Notes under the pieces: generated by a model | What the model saw: the letters and a program-made list of their open reading frames with translations, nothing else | Databases searched by the model: none | Told to the model about the DNA's origin: nothing | IMG/VR virus record: IMGVR_UViG_3300012665_000259 | Location: 4,404 to 68,403 of that record | Length of the DNA: 64,000 nucleotides | Strand: one strand, 5' to 3' | Origin: a virus | Lineage: Duplodnaviria; Caudoviricetes | Made by a program: the position numbers and the translations under genes | Shown here: positions 39,209-49,135 of the stretch, piece by piece | Position numbering within the stretch: position 1 is the stretch's first letter | Layout of the letters: every line of letters starts with the position of its first letter

Positions 39209-40120
39209 ATGCCAGGTGTAGGTTCAAGAGTTAGGGCAGCTGACTATAATTCAATACAAGGTAAGGTTGCCTTGGTCCTTGGCTCGGGCTCCGGAAATAG
39301 CGGATACGGGCAAGCTCTTTCGAGCGGACAAGTTAGTGTCGGCGATCAAATCCTTGTAAGCCAGTGGAACAACCTGCGTACTGATTTATTAAAAGCACGC
39401 CAACACCAAACTGGTGCAACTGAAAGTTTAACAATTACTAGCACTAGTACAATTATTAGTGAAGCGATTCGTTTACAATTTGATGATATGGCAGATGCTG
39501 TAACTGCAAATAGACTAGCAGTTGGTGGTAATCAAGGTACTACTGAAAACGTTATTGCACCGTATCAACGAAGTGCCGCATGGAATGGTACACTAACACA
39601 TACTTGTGTAATGACATTTGCCAGCGCAGATGCCGCACGTTACTTTTTTAATGCGGGCGGAAATTTACAAGTTAGTGCAAGCCGCGAAGGTGGTAATGCA
39701 GGTTCTAAAAATAATACATGGACATTGATGCTTAGTCAAATGGGCACAATTACTATGAATTATATTACAACTGTATGCGCAGACCCAAGTGCAACAGCAA
39801 CGGCTTCTCAAATTGGTTATTACGGTCTAACAACAAGTAATCAACAAATTTTCCGTAAGCAAGCACCGTCTGGTGTTTATGCAGAAAACGATTATTTTAT
39901 CTATGCAAGAACCGCATCAGGCGGAGCACAGGTAATTTTTGACATTGTATTTGAAGACGAAGACTCAGGTGATTTGAACAATCCAAGTCCTGGTTTCCCA
40001 GCTGGCCCAGTTCAAGACGAAGATGTTGATGGTACACTAACTAGCCAAATTCGTATGTTTAGACCCTCTGGTGCAAACGTATCAGTTGCTGGTCCGAGCG
40101 CAAGTCAGTCAGGATTCTAA
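39209..40120 (+). CDS. Virion structural protein (fibre-associated)
   Basis: Ser/Thr/Gly-rich, beta-type composition; within the late operon. Confidence 0.5.
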   Translation: MPGVGSRVRAADYNSIQGKVALVLGSGSGNSGYGQALSSGQVSVGDQILVSQWNNLRTDLLKARQHQTGATESLTITSTSTIISEAIRLQFDDMADAVTANRLAVGGNQGTTENVIAPYQRSAAWNGTLTHTCVMTFASADAARYFFNAGGNLQVSASREGGNAGSKNNTWTLMLSQMGTITMNYITTVCADPSATATASQIGYYGLTTSNQQIFRKQAPSGVYAENDYFIYARTASGGAQVIFDIVFEDEDSGDLNNPSPGFPAGPVQDEDVDGTLTSQIRMFRPSGANVSVAGPSASQSGF

Positions 40121-40173
40121 TCCTCCCCCACCCTACTTAGATAATTACTTGATACACTCAAGTAGGATTATCT

Positions 40174-40527
40174 ATGGACGAACGCTTAGAAAAAGCATTT
40201 CAAACTGCCAACTTTATGGCTTCTTTAACAGGGCAACGAAAAATTGCTTTGGAAGAATTTCAGCAAGGCCTAATTTATTACCAAAGCGGTGCTAGTTTCA
40301 CAGTGACCAAAGAGCTGTTGAGCTTTGTAAAGTTACTGATTGATTCTGGTTATACAGAAGATACAGTGCTCATTGACGATAATAATATGCCAGTCCAAAT
40401 TAAAGATGTACAGGCATTTTATGATAATATTTTAGATCAATATTTTCAAAGTGCAAATCAATACTTTGTCAAATATACAAATTTAAAACGTCAACGTAAA
40501 GTAGAAGATCTTATCAAGTATGACTAA
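40174..40527 (+). CDS. Small helical protein, possible fibre assembly chaperone
   Basis: Follows the fibre genes; LIDDNNMPVQI motif; function inferred from position only. Confidence 0.4.
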   Translation: MDERLEKAFQTANFMASLTGQRKIALEEFQQGLIYYQSGASFTVTKELLSFVKLLIDSGYTEDTVLIDDNNMPVQIKDVQAFYDNILDQYFQSANQYFVKYTNLKRQRKVEDLIKYD

Positions 40528-41386
40528 AGGTGTACTAATTTTTGCGCAAAACAACAGCGAAATTGACTATGTTAAATTAGCTGTAGCAGCCGCAAGACGA
40601 GTTAAAGAATACTTAAATGTTCCTGTATCTTTAGTAACAGATAGTCCGGATCATTTATTAAATTTAAATGCAGAAGATGTATTTGATCAAGTAATTGACT
40701 TGTGGAAAGTAACAGACTATAGAAATTCTCAAATTCAAAACAGATCGTTTCATGACGGTACTCTTAAAAAGAAAATCTTAAAATGGAATAACTTTAGTAG
40801 GTCAGACTGTTATGGTCTTAGTCCCTATGATGAAACTTTAGTAATTGATAGTGATTATATTATTTGCTCGGATAATTTAAAGTCTATTTGGGATAATGTT
40901 TATGATTTTGCAATCTATAAAACTAGCTATGACTTATCTAGATGGCGTATTTCCTACGATCACTTAAATCAATATTCTATTCCATTTTATTGGGCCACAG
41001 TTTTTTATTTTAAGAAAAATGAATACACTGAATCGTTTTTTGATCTAGTACAAAAGATCAAAGAGAACTGGAGTTATTACAGATTATTATATTGTATAGA
41101 TGCAGGAACATTTAGAAATGATTATGCATTTAGCATTGCCATAAACATTATGAACGGCGGAAATCCTAAAGGGGATTTTGCTAGCCCGCTACCGGGCAAA
41201 TTATATTATACTGTTGACAAGGATATTGTTGATAGCATACAAGGAAATCAAACTAGAGTACTAGTTGAAAAAGAATCATTTCCCGGCGAATACGTTGCAC
41301 TAAAAACGTCGGGTATTGATGTTCATTTAATGAACAAATATAGCTTATCAAGGGCTATTGATAATTATTTTAAGGATATAACATGA
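40520..41386 (+). CDS. GT-A fold glycosyltransferase (GT8-like)
   Basis: PYDETLVIDSD DxD motif; RNDYAFSIA. Confidence 0.7.
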   Translation: MTKGVLIFAQNNSEIDYVKLAVAAARRVKEYLNVPVSLVTDSPDHLLNLNAEDVFDQVIDLWKVTDYRNSQIQNRSFHDGTLKKKILKWNNFSRSDCYGLSPYDETLVIDSDYIICSDNLKSIWDNVYDFAIYKTSYDLSRWRISYDHLNQYSIPFYWATVFYFKKNEYTESFFDLVQKIKENWSYYRLLYCIDAGTFRNDYAFSIAINIMNGGNPKGDFASPLPGKLYYTVDKDIVDSIQGNQTRVLVEKESFPGEYVALKTSGIDVHLMNKYSLSRAIDNYFKDIT

Positions 41387-41844
41387 AATTTATTGAAAAT
41401 CATCCAAGAACAATAGCCAAGGTAATTTCCTGGCGTGTTCTTTTAACAATCAGCCATATTGTAAATGGCTTTATTGTATCAGGCAGTTGGACTACTGGTT
41501 TGCAAATTGCCGGCCTTGCAGCCATTATTAACTCAGTATTGTATTGGGCACACGAACGTGGATGGAACTTTGCACAATGGAATCGTAAGCCTAAAGATGG
41601 ACTAATGTTCTTTGAAGGCCAACCACGTACAATTAGTAAAATTGTCACATGGCGTGTTCTAATTACATCTAGTAACTTTTTGATTCCGTTTATCATGACT
41701 GGTTCATGGGGATCAGCAGCCGCATTCTTAGGTATTGCTACTGTTGTAAATGTTGCATTATTCTACACTCACGAACGTGTGTGGAATAGAATTGTCTGGG
41801 GTAAAGTTGCAGACGTTAAAGAAGAAGAACTACAGGTAGCATAA
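41383..41844 (+). CDS. Tandem DUF2061-like membrane protein
   Basis: Two copies of E..RT.(A/S)K..(S/T)WR......(Y/W).HER.W. Confidence 0.7.
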   Translation: MKFIENHPRTIAKVISWRVLLTISHIVNGFIVSGSWTTGLQIAGLAAIINSVLYWAHERGWNFAQWNRKPKDGLMFFEGQPRTISKIVTWRVLITSSNFLIPFIMTGSWGSAAAFLGIATVVNVALFYTHERVWNRIVWGKVADVKEEELQVA

Positions 41845-41845
41845 T

Positions 41846-42688
41846 ATGAGAGGGTATCTTGTTCTAGCACAGAATAGTGAAAATGTTGACTATGTACAAC
41901 AAGCGTATGCATTGGCGCTTAGTCTACATGCTAGTCAAGATACCTGTCTAATAAGCCTAGTAACTAATGATCCAGTACCAGACGAGTACAAAGTTGTGTT
42001 TGACAAAATCATTCCTATCCCAGGTAATGACGATGCAGCCAATTCTGCATGGAAGGTAGAAAATCGTTGGAAGTTATATCATGTAACGCCCTATGATGAA
42101 ACTATTGTATTTGATACTGACATGTTGGTGTTTAAATCTTTTAACGGTATCTGGGATACATTGTCAAAATATGATGTATTCTTTGCCAGCAAAGTGCTAG
42201 ACTTTAAAGGTAATCAAGTCAATGATCATTACAATAGAAAAATGTTCAATGAGAATAGTTTGCCAAATTTATACTTTGGCTTGCATTATTTCAAGAAGAA
42301 TAAGCCTGCATTAGATTTTTATAACACACTGGCATTTGTTGTTGCTAATTGGGAACGTGTATATTTTGACATTGCTCCAAAGAGTAAACAGAAATGGGTT
42401 AGTATGGATGTTAGTGCAGCCATTGCGGCAAAAATATTAGGTATTGATGATAGTATTATTCATCCTAACTTTGATTTTACATTTACCCATATGAAGGCTA
42501 ACTTACAAGGTATAGACCCTATTCCTAGTTTGTGGACAAAAGTTCTTGACTACTATATAAACGGTCAGGGTAATTTAATTGTATCAAACATTCAACAAAC
42601 TGGTATTTTCCATTATGTTGAAAATAATTTTTTAGACAGCACGATCATACGTGCATTAGAAGAGGTATATCATGGAACACGAAACTGA
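41846..42688 (+). CDS. GT-A fold glycosyltransferase, paralog of 40520..41386
   Basis: KVENRWKLYHVTPYDETIVFDTDM DxD motif. Confidence 0.7.
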   Translation: MRGYLVLAQNSENVDYVQQAYALALSLHASQDTCLISLVTNDPVPDEYKVVFDKIIPIPGNDDAANSAWKVENRWKLYHVTPYDETIVFDTDMLVFKSFNGIWDTLSKYDVFFASKVLDFKGNQVNDHYNRKMFNENSLPNLYFGLHYFKKNKPALDFYNTLAFVVANWERVYFDIAPKSKQKWVSMDVSAAIAAKILGIDDSIIHPNFDFTFTHMKANLQGIDPIPSLWTKVLDYYINGQGNLIVSNIQQTGIFHYVENNFLDSTIIRALEEVYHGTRN

Positions 42689-43307
42689 AGAAATAGAATA
42701 CCTCACTGAAGAAGAGTTAGAGCAGGCAACTAATGTTAGTATAATTGACAATAATTTTTTAGTCTATTTTGATAAGGCTACTGGCACAATTATCTCAATG
42801 ACTAATGAGCGTCGAGCTACTGATGAGCCATTTATCACAATGCCTTACGATGATATAAAGTCATTCTTAGAAGGCAAACAAAATTTTAACGATTTTAAAA
42901 TTATTTTTGAAAAAGATGAAATTACTCTAGTAAGTAAAAAAGTCAGTAATGACATCAATTTTAACTCGTTAGCATCAGTAAACATTACTAACAGTTTAGA
43001 AAATTCTTTAACTGTTGAAAATCACATTGATGTAAAACATTGGGGATTTACTCTTCGAGAAGATTTAAAAATTGGGTTGCAACAGAAAATTTTAGATGTA
43101 AATTTAGAGTTTTATCTATGTGTAAACGGAAATAAAAACTTTCCAGTTAGAACAATATCCGTTGCCTTAGAGAGCCTAGTAAAAGAAAAAACATATTTTA
43201 TTCCTCATGAATTTGAGATTGAAGCAGACAAAACAAAGATAACTATCGTTACAAAGAAATTCTTTGATACATATGGTTTAAGGATATTAAATGAGTCAAA
43301 AGTTTAA
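42672..43307 (+). CDS. Hypothetical protein
   Basis: 211-aa ORF overlapping both neighbours. Confidence 0.6.
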   Translation: MEHETEEIEYLTEEELEQATNVSIIDNNFLVYFDKATGTIISMTNERRATDEPFITMPYDDIKSFLEGKQNFNDFKIIFEKDEITLVSKKVSNDINFNSLASVNITNSLENSLTVENHIDVKHWGFTLREDLKIGLQQKILDVNLEFYLCVNGNKNFPVRTISVALESLVKEKTYFIPHEFEIEADKTKITIVTKKFFDTYGLRILNESKV

Positions 43308-44214
43308 AGTTATTGATTTTGATATTATCTATCTTAGCTATGATGAACCAAATGCTGAGAAAAATTACGCAGACTTATTAAACAAAGTGCCATGGGCAAA
43401 ACGTGTACACGGTGTTAAAGGTAGTGATGCCGCACATAAAGAGTGTGCTAGAATAAGTGACACTGATCGATTTGTTACTGTAGACGGAGATAACATTGTT
43501 CACGAAGATTTCTTTAATCAAGAAATCGACTTTGATGAAAACAAAGATTTATCCAAGTGTGTAGTAAGTTGGTGCGGACACAATGTAATCAACGGGCTAA
43601 TGTACGGAAACGGTGGTTTGAAACTTTGGCCTAAAGAATATGTGTTAGCAATGAAGACGCATGAAAATGCGCCTGAAGACGATCCAAACGCTCAGGTGGA
43701 TTTTTGCTGGGATGCAGAATACATCCAAATGAACAGTTGCTTTAGTCAAGTACACAACAACGGCACTCCGTTCCAAGCATGGAGAGCAGGGTTCCGAGAA
43801 GGTGTTAAAATGAGTTTAGATCGTGGTGTGCGAGTTAAACATAGTAATTTTAAACGTGAAGTGCATTGGAAAAATTTACATCGTTTACTAATTTGGATGA
43901 ACGTAGGTGCAGATGTTAAAAATGGGTTGTGGGCTATACTTGGCGCACGACAAGGGTGTTATTTGACCAATTGCACTGATTGGGATTATGTACAAGTCAG
44001 AGACTTTGAGTACCTTGGCACATTGTGGAAAGATACTGTAGAAGGTACAATTGACAACGATAACATTCTCGAATATATTAAAAACTTTGGAGATTTGATT
44101 AGTCCACAGTTAGATATTCCTTTATCGATACTTGATGAAAGTGCAAGTCGATTCTTTAAACATGTACATGCTGATCAAACTAGGATATCTAATAACGCTT
44201 TAGATAAAGAGTAA
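43291..44214 (+). CDS. GT-A-like glycosyltransferase
   Basis: LSYDEPNA, RVHGVKG, TVDGDN (DxD), GNGGLKLWP. Confidence 0.6.
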   Translation: MSQKFKVIDFDIIYLSYDEPNAEKNYADLLNKVPWAKRVHGVKGSDAAHKECARISDTDRFVTVDGDNIVHEDFFNQEIDFDENKDLSKCVVSWCGHNVINGLMYGNGGLKLWPKEYVLAMKTHENAPEDDPNAQVDFCWDAEYIQMNSCFSQVHNNGTPFQAWRAGFREGVKMSLDRGVRVKHSNFKREVHWKNLHRLLIWMNVGADVKNGLWAILGARQGCYLTNCTDWDYVQVRDFEYLGTLWKDTVEGTIDNDNILEYIKNFGDLISPQLDIPLSILDESASRFFKHVHADQTRISNNALDKE

Positions 44215-45239
44215 TGTACGACATTATTTTCTATCATCGTTCAGACTGGCCTGACAGTGCATTGGCCCACGCTAAAGATTTACATCCGTTAGCAAAGGTA
44301 GCTAACGAATCTCTTAGCTATACTGAAATTGTATCAAAGTATTCTAAAACTATCCGTACAAAAATGTTTTGGATTATTCCAACAATACAAATATTAGATT
44401 TTCAATTTTTAAATATTGTACCTAGTTTTTTTAATCGAGTATTTTATCTGCAAGATCCTAACGGGACTAACATTTATCTAGTTCCAAATAAAATGGAATT
44501 AAATGCAGATTCTTTTACATCTGCAAAACCCTTAGTAGCAACAAAGTATTTAAAAACGCCTGTGTGCTATGATATCGTTTTTATAAGCTATAACGAAACA
44601 TACGCTGATGAAAATTGGAAACGTTTAAAAGATCGTGTACCACACGCAAATAGAGTAAACGGTGTTAAAGGTATATTTGAAGCTCATCAACAAGCAGCCA
44701 AATCAAGTGCTACTAACTTTCTATGGATTGTAGATGCAGATGCTAATGTATTAGACAGTTTTAAATTTACATACGAAGTTAGTCTGGATCATTTTGATAC
44801 AGTACATGTCTGGCACAGCCAAAATCCAGTAAATGGATTAGAGTACGGGTATGGGGGGATTAAATTACTACCTAAACACCTATTGCTAGATCAACAACCT
44901 ACTGTTGATGTTACTACAGGTCTAAGCCATAATGTTAAAATTATCGACGAAGTTAGTAACATAACTGAGTTTGCTACGACTCCCTTTGAAGCATGGAAAG
45001 GTGCATTTCGCGAATGTGCCAAACTAGCTAGTAAAGTAATTGACCGTCAGTCTAATGTAGAAACAGCCGATCGTTTACATGTATGGTGTACTAAGACAAC
45101 TGACAAAAATGCCTTAAAAGGCGCACTCGCCGGCAAACAGTACGGTCAAGAGAATGCCTCTAATATAGAGGCATTGAAGAAGATAAATGACTTTACTTGG
45201 CTACAAGAGATGTGGTCATTGGAAATATCTCAGCAATAG
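44214..45239 (+). CDS. GT-A-like glycosyltransferase, paralog of 43291..44214
   Basis: ISYNETYA, RVNGVKG, IVDADA (DxD), GYGGIKLLP, AWKGAFRE. Confidence 0.6.
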   Translation: MYDIIFYHRSDWPDSALAHAKDLHPLAKVANESLSYTEIVSKYSKTIRTKMFWIIPTIQILDFQFLNIVPSFFNRVFYLQDPNGTNIYLVPNKMELNADSFTSAKPLVATKYLKTPVCYDIVFISYNETYADENWKRLKDRVPHANRVNGVKGIFEAHQQAAKSSATNFLWIVDADANVLDSFKFTYEVSLDHFDTVHVWHSQNPVNGLEYGYGGIKLLPKHLLLDQQPTVDVTTGLSHNVKIIDEVSNITEFATTPFEAWKGAFRECAKLASKVIDRQSNVETADRLHVWCTKTTDKNALKGALAGKQYGQENASNIEALKKINDFTWLQEMWSLEISQQ

Positions 45240-45861
45240 CTTTAGCACAGGCAATAGCAACTTCTTGGTGCTCTTTCTGAGTACCATTTGCACTCCGCAA
45301 TTCAATAAAGTGAATCCAGCTACGTAGTGTACCATTCATATATAAGCGACTTTCTGTAAGACCTTCGGGTAGTACTGCACGGGCCTGCTCCTTAGCAATG
45401 CCACGCTCAATTGCTTCTGCATAGATACGTTGTACATTTTCAATTACAAATTTCTGTTGTGCATCCCACCAAGCAGTTAATTCTGCGTCGGATGTTTCTA
45501 TGCTGTTTTGTCGATTCTTTGTGTCTTGCAGTCTTGCTTCTCTAAGTACAAACGAGAGATCCTTCGTTGGGTCAGCGTATCTCTGACTGAACTCTTGGAA
45601 GCTGAAACTTCTGTGGCGCAAAATTTGTCGTGCAATATCGCGTGTTGTCGTAATTTCCATACATGCTGATACCATTTCAAGTGGTGACCAATGCTGGTGT
45701 TTGACGAGATAGTTGATAAGTTTTTCACTGGTTTCAGTGTTAAATTGATTGGAAGGATTGCTGACGCGGGCACAGTACGCAATAAGTTCCTGCGCATCAT
45801 CAATGCCCATAGAAGCAAACTCTTCCGTTGGTTGTGAATATGATAGGAGTTTAACATTCAT
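45193..45861 (-). CDS. thyX: Flavin-dependent thymidylate synthase
   Basis: ThyX motif RHRSFSFQEFSQRY; ARAVLP. Confidence 0.95.
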   Translation of the reverse strand: MNVKLLSYSQPTEEFASMGIDDAQELIAYCARVSNPSNQFNTETSEKLINYLVKHQHWSPLEMVSACMEITTTRDIARQILRHRSFSFQEFSQRYADPTKDLSFVLREARLQDTKNRQNSIETSDAELTAWWDAQQKFVIENVQRIYAEAIERGIAKEQARAVLPEGLTESRLYMNGTLRSWIHFIELRSANGTQKEHQEVAIACAKAIAEIFPMTTSLVAK

Positions 45862-46182
45862 TTAATTTAGCTTTCGTTTTAAAAATTTATCTGTACCTTT
45901 TGTCATGTCTTTTTTAACTCGATCAGTATCAAGTTTAAAATCGACATTGTCTATCTTTTCTTCGTAGTTCTTTACAAGTTCAGAGATAGATTTTTCAAAA
46001 TGATTCCAACCAGCATCCCGGGTTTGTTTTGTTATTTTTATTTCCCAAGTTTTTCCGTCTTTAAAGTTTACTAGCACAGAGTGAAGATATCGTAAGGGGA
46101 GAACGTTTACTTTAACTTCCCCGAATACTTCTGGCCAATGTGCTATTACATCTTTTGGGAGAGACTTCCCAGATTTGTTCAC
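45862..46182 (-). CDS. Hypothetical protein
   Basis: GTG start overlapping the upstream TGA (GTGA). Confidence 0.6.
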   Translation of the reverse strand: MNKSGKSLPKDVIAHWPEVFGEVKVNVLPLRYLHSVLVNFKDGKTWEIKITKQTRDAGWNHFEKSISELVKNYEEKIDNVDFKLDTDRVKKDMTKGTDKFLKRKLN

Positions 46183-46820
46183 TCTACGGCAACGGCCTTC
46201 TTCTTAGTCGGTACTAATGCTTCTGCTTGTCTGCGTAGTTCTGCAGCCTCTTTGCTTAAACGATCAGCATCGCTTCGGAATTTCTTAGCTTGGTCTTCTG
46301 GAGATAAGTGTGCAAGAGCTGCCTCTGCTTTTCTTTCTTCTACAGTTTTATGTAAGTCTTCGCCTGGTGTTGGGCTAATATCATGAGCCGCACCAATCTC
46401 AGTTACTTCAACTGTTGGATCAATCACTGATGGATTCTTAATAGATAAATCACCTACAGTTAAACCACGCTGTTCCGCAATAAGTTGATTAAGTTCGGAC
46501 AATACAATTGAAGTTGCCGGAGTTGGTAACATTTCAATTTCACTAGTACCTACACTTTGCATACGTTGTTGAACATGCAATGCTGCCAACATAATACTTC
46601 CGTCGGGGAAATTACTACGGCACATTACTTCACCGAATTCGTATGCACTTTGACCAGCGTTACTTTCAACTAAGTTAATAATTGCATCGTGATATGAATC
46701 GGGTAAGTTTTCAGTTGGAACGATTAAACAGCGATCCGAATCCCCTGGTAATGTTCGAAATGCTACAATACACTTCTTACCGGTCGAAATGATTCGACCT
46801 ACATGTTTAAGTTCTGACAT
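46179..46820 (-). CDS. Hypothetical protein
   Basis: ORF track 46179..46850; the likely start is MSELKHV at 46820, just after the upstream stop. Confidence 0.6.
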   Translation of the reverse strand: MSELKHVGRIISTGKKCIVAFRTLPGDSDRCLIVPTENLPDSYHDAIINLVESNAGQSAYEFGEVMCRSNFPDGSIMLAALHVQQRMQSVGTSEIEMLPTPATSIVLSELNQLIAEQRGLTVGDLSIKNPSVIDPTVEVTEIGAAHDISPTPGEDLHKTVEERKAEAALAHLSPEDQAKKFRSDADRLSKEAAELRRQAEALVPTKKKAVAVE

Positions 46821-46821
46821 T

Positions 46822-47040
46822 TTATTTTGCTCCTTCAGCAGTTTTTGCAACGGTATCCAAGAACGTAGTTAGCTTAGTATAAGTTTGTCCAACAGCTACC
46901 ATTTCATTTGGTTTAAATGCACCTCTAGAACTTGCAATGTCGATAATAACTCTAAGAGCATTTAAATCGTTAATATTGAGTTCAGGACCCTCTTGGGCTG
47001 GTGCTGTAGTTTGTGGTACTTCTTTGTTTTCTTCAGTCAT
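46822..47040 (-). CDS. Hypothetical protein
   Basis: Strong AAGGAG SD upstream. Confidence 0.65.
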   Translation of the reverse strand: MTEENKEVPQTTAPAQEGPELNINDLNALRVIIDIASSRGAFKPNEMVAVGQTYTKLTTFLDTVAKTAEGAK

Positions 47041-47074
47041 GTAGTATCTCCTTATTCGAAAACTATAGTATAAT

Positions 47075-47362
47075 TTATCTTGTTTCTAAAACAGGACAGG
47101 CAATCTTGAAGAAACTGAGTTCTTTCTCAGTCTCAAAGCCTAAACTGGTTACATACACAATAGTATTGGTATGATCTAATGCTAGTGACTGCCCAATGTA
47201 ATATCTGCCGTTTAGATTCTGCCTAATCCACTTGTCTAAACTTCTAATTAAAGTTGGACTATATTTGTCTATAGTTGTATATTTAAAATGAGGAGCACAA
47301 AACTCTACTCTTCGTAGATTAAAGAAGTTTAATGGATTTGGCTTGCCGTTTTTAAGCGCCAT
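47075..47362 (-). CDS. Hypothetical protein
   Basis: Coupled to the upstream gene (TAATG). Confidence 0.6.
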   Translation of the reverse strand: MALKNGKPNPLNFFNLRRVEFCAPHFKYTTIDKYSPTLIRSLDKWIRQNLNGRYYIGQSLALDHTNTIVYVTSLGFETEKELSFFKIACPVLETR

Positions 47363-47910
47363 TATTTTTTTCCTATAATCATAAAACGTGTGTAAGAGTC
47401 TAACACCTTACTACCTTCGTACATAATTTGATCCAGCGGAAACGCATTTTTTAATTCGTCAATGCTATCAACTGTAGATACGTGATCTTGATGCACTAGA
47501 TTGTTTGATTGGATAAGGCATAATGTACCTTTAGGAATACGATCAAACCAATCTCTACTTTTAACATGTTCTGTAATAGTGTTTACGACACAGTTGACAT
47601 GCAAAGGATAATCTAGAGTGTTTATATCTTGAGGATATGCTCTAAACTGCCAATCATTTTTTTCCCAAGTGTTGTTTATAACATTAGCCATAGAACACGC
47701 ACTCGGATCTAAATCAAAACTTCTACAGGAATTTATTGTAATGTTATTTCGTATTTGTAACATGAAATGTAACAAAGCATACCAGCCCCCTAGTATGTAC
47801 ATATCTAGGGAGCCGATATTATTTTCAATAACACATTGCTCTAATTCAACAGCGGCCCATAGTTTACTATCGACTTGCCCGTTACTAAATGCATCAGTTT
47901 CTAGTTGCAT
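47362..47910 (-). CDS. Class I SAM-methyltransferase-like protein
   Basis: YILGGWYALL glycine loop, acidic strand-2 end (RSFDLDP), VVNTITEH. Confidence 0.45.
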   Translation of the reverse strand: MQLETDAFSNGQVDSKLWAAVELEQCVIENNIGSLDMYILGGWYALLHFMLQIRNNITINSCRSFDLDPSACSMANVINNTWEKNDWQFRAYPQDINTLDYPLHVNCVVNTITEHVKSRDWFDRIPKGTLCLIQSNNLVHQDHVSTVDSIDELKNAFPLDQIMYEGSKVLDSYTRFMIIGKK

Positions 47911-49108
47911 CGTCTAAGTCGTAATAAGCATACTCACCAAACGGTGGAACAATAGTATTGTTACCGTGGATGATGAATACAGTATCGCAGTATTGTTCAT
48001 CACCCCAAGAACCGTATGGGTAACCGTCTGTGAACATGATAAACTTTTTAGGGTTAATATCATTTTCTTTCATGTACTCCCAGTTGGCATCAAACTCAGT
48101 TCCGCCACCACCCATAGGCTCGTAGTCGTCAAATTCGTCCATTGAGTAACCGTCGTAGTCTGCTTCATTGTATACTTGTGTATCAAAACACCACAATTTA
48201 ATTTTGAAGTCTTTGTATTCTTGCATAATGCCTTTAATTTCACTTAGGAAATCTTTAGCCTGCTCATCACCAATACTACCAGACATATCAATACTAACAC
48301 AGATGTCAATAGTTTCATCATAATTCATACCTGGCAAAATAGCACTCATATGCCAGCCCTTACGATTAGGACGTTGGAATGTAAAGTCATTACGAATAGT
48401 ACTTTGGATTTGCTGACGTAAAATTTCACGCCAGTTCATCTTAGGTTCAGTTAACTCTTTAATCATGCGTTGTACGCTAGCCGGAGTATTGCCTGCACCC
48501 GCCGCCTGTGCCGCTTGCATTGTTGCTTCACGAATCTCATCGCGGATTTGTTTTAATTCTTCTTTAGTATAGCTTGGGCGACCGCCGTTACCTTGCTGGT
48601 TGTCGTCGCCATCGCCACTGCCTTTACCCCAATCTACGTGATCGTCTAGCAATTGACCTAATGCTTGCAGTTGCTCTTCGTCATACTTTTCGTAGATTTC
48701 GTCATAAATTTCTTCTGCACTTTTACCGTAGTATTTTGGATCGTGGAAGATTTTAATTTCTTTAGGCGGCAAATCGCCAATACGGTCACGAACTAATTGT
48801 CCGTTTACACAATAGTCTGCGGCAATATTGAATACACGTTTATCTCGACCCTCTTGACGACCAAGGTGATCGAATACATTGTGCATAATCTCGTGTGCAA
48901 TGACAAACTCAATTTGCTTAGTTGTCATTGGTGTAAAAAATTCTCTGTTAAAGAAAATAGTGCGTCCGTCAGTTGCGGCAGTAGGACACCAGTCACTACC
49001 ATCTTGAATTTTAAGACGAGTTGCCATATTACCAAAAAATGGATGACGTAGTAGCAGGCCTACGCGAGCTACAATAATTTTATCTATAATCGGATCTACG
49101 TGTGACAT
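47894..49108 (-). CDS. Metallopeptidase-like (HEXXH) + VWA domain protein
   Basis: TAATDG, HEIMH, MIDAS IDMSGS, FTDG. Confidence 0.85.
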   Translation of the reverse strand: MSHVDPIIDKIIVARVGLLLRHPFFGNMATRLKIQDGSDWCPTAATDGRTIFFNREFFTPMTTKQIEFVIAHEIMHNVFDHLGRQEGRDKRVFNIAADYCVNGQLVRDRIGDLPPKEIKIFHDPKYYGKSAEEIYDEIYEKYDEEQLQALGQLLDDHVDWGKGSGDGDDNQQGNGGRPSYTKEELKQIRDEIREATMQAAQAAGAGNTPASVQRMIKELTEPKMNWREILRQQIQSTIRNDFTFQRPNRKGWHMSAILPGMNYDETIDICVSIDMSGSIGDEQAKDFLSEIKGIMQEYKDFKIKLWCFDTQVYNEADYDGYSMDEFDDYEPMGGGGTEFDANWEYMKENDINPKKFIMFTDGYPYGSWGDEQYCDTVFIIHGNNTIVPPFGEYAYYDLDDATRN

Positions 49109-49135
49109 CTCTACTCCTGTTTACTGTATGTATAT

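Noticed and set aside
45193-45239. 47-nt overlap of convergent 3' ends (glycosyltransferase / thyX)
   Set aside because: This is ordinary compaction at a strand switch; no further structure was seen.
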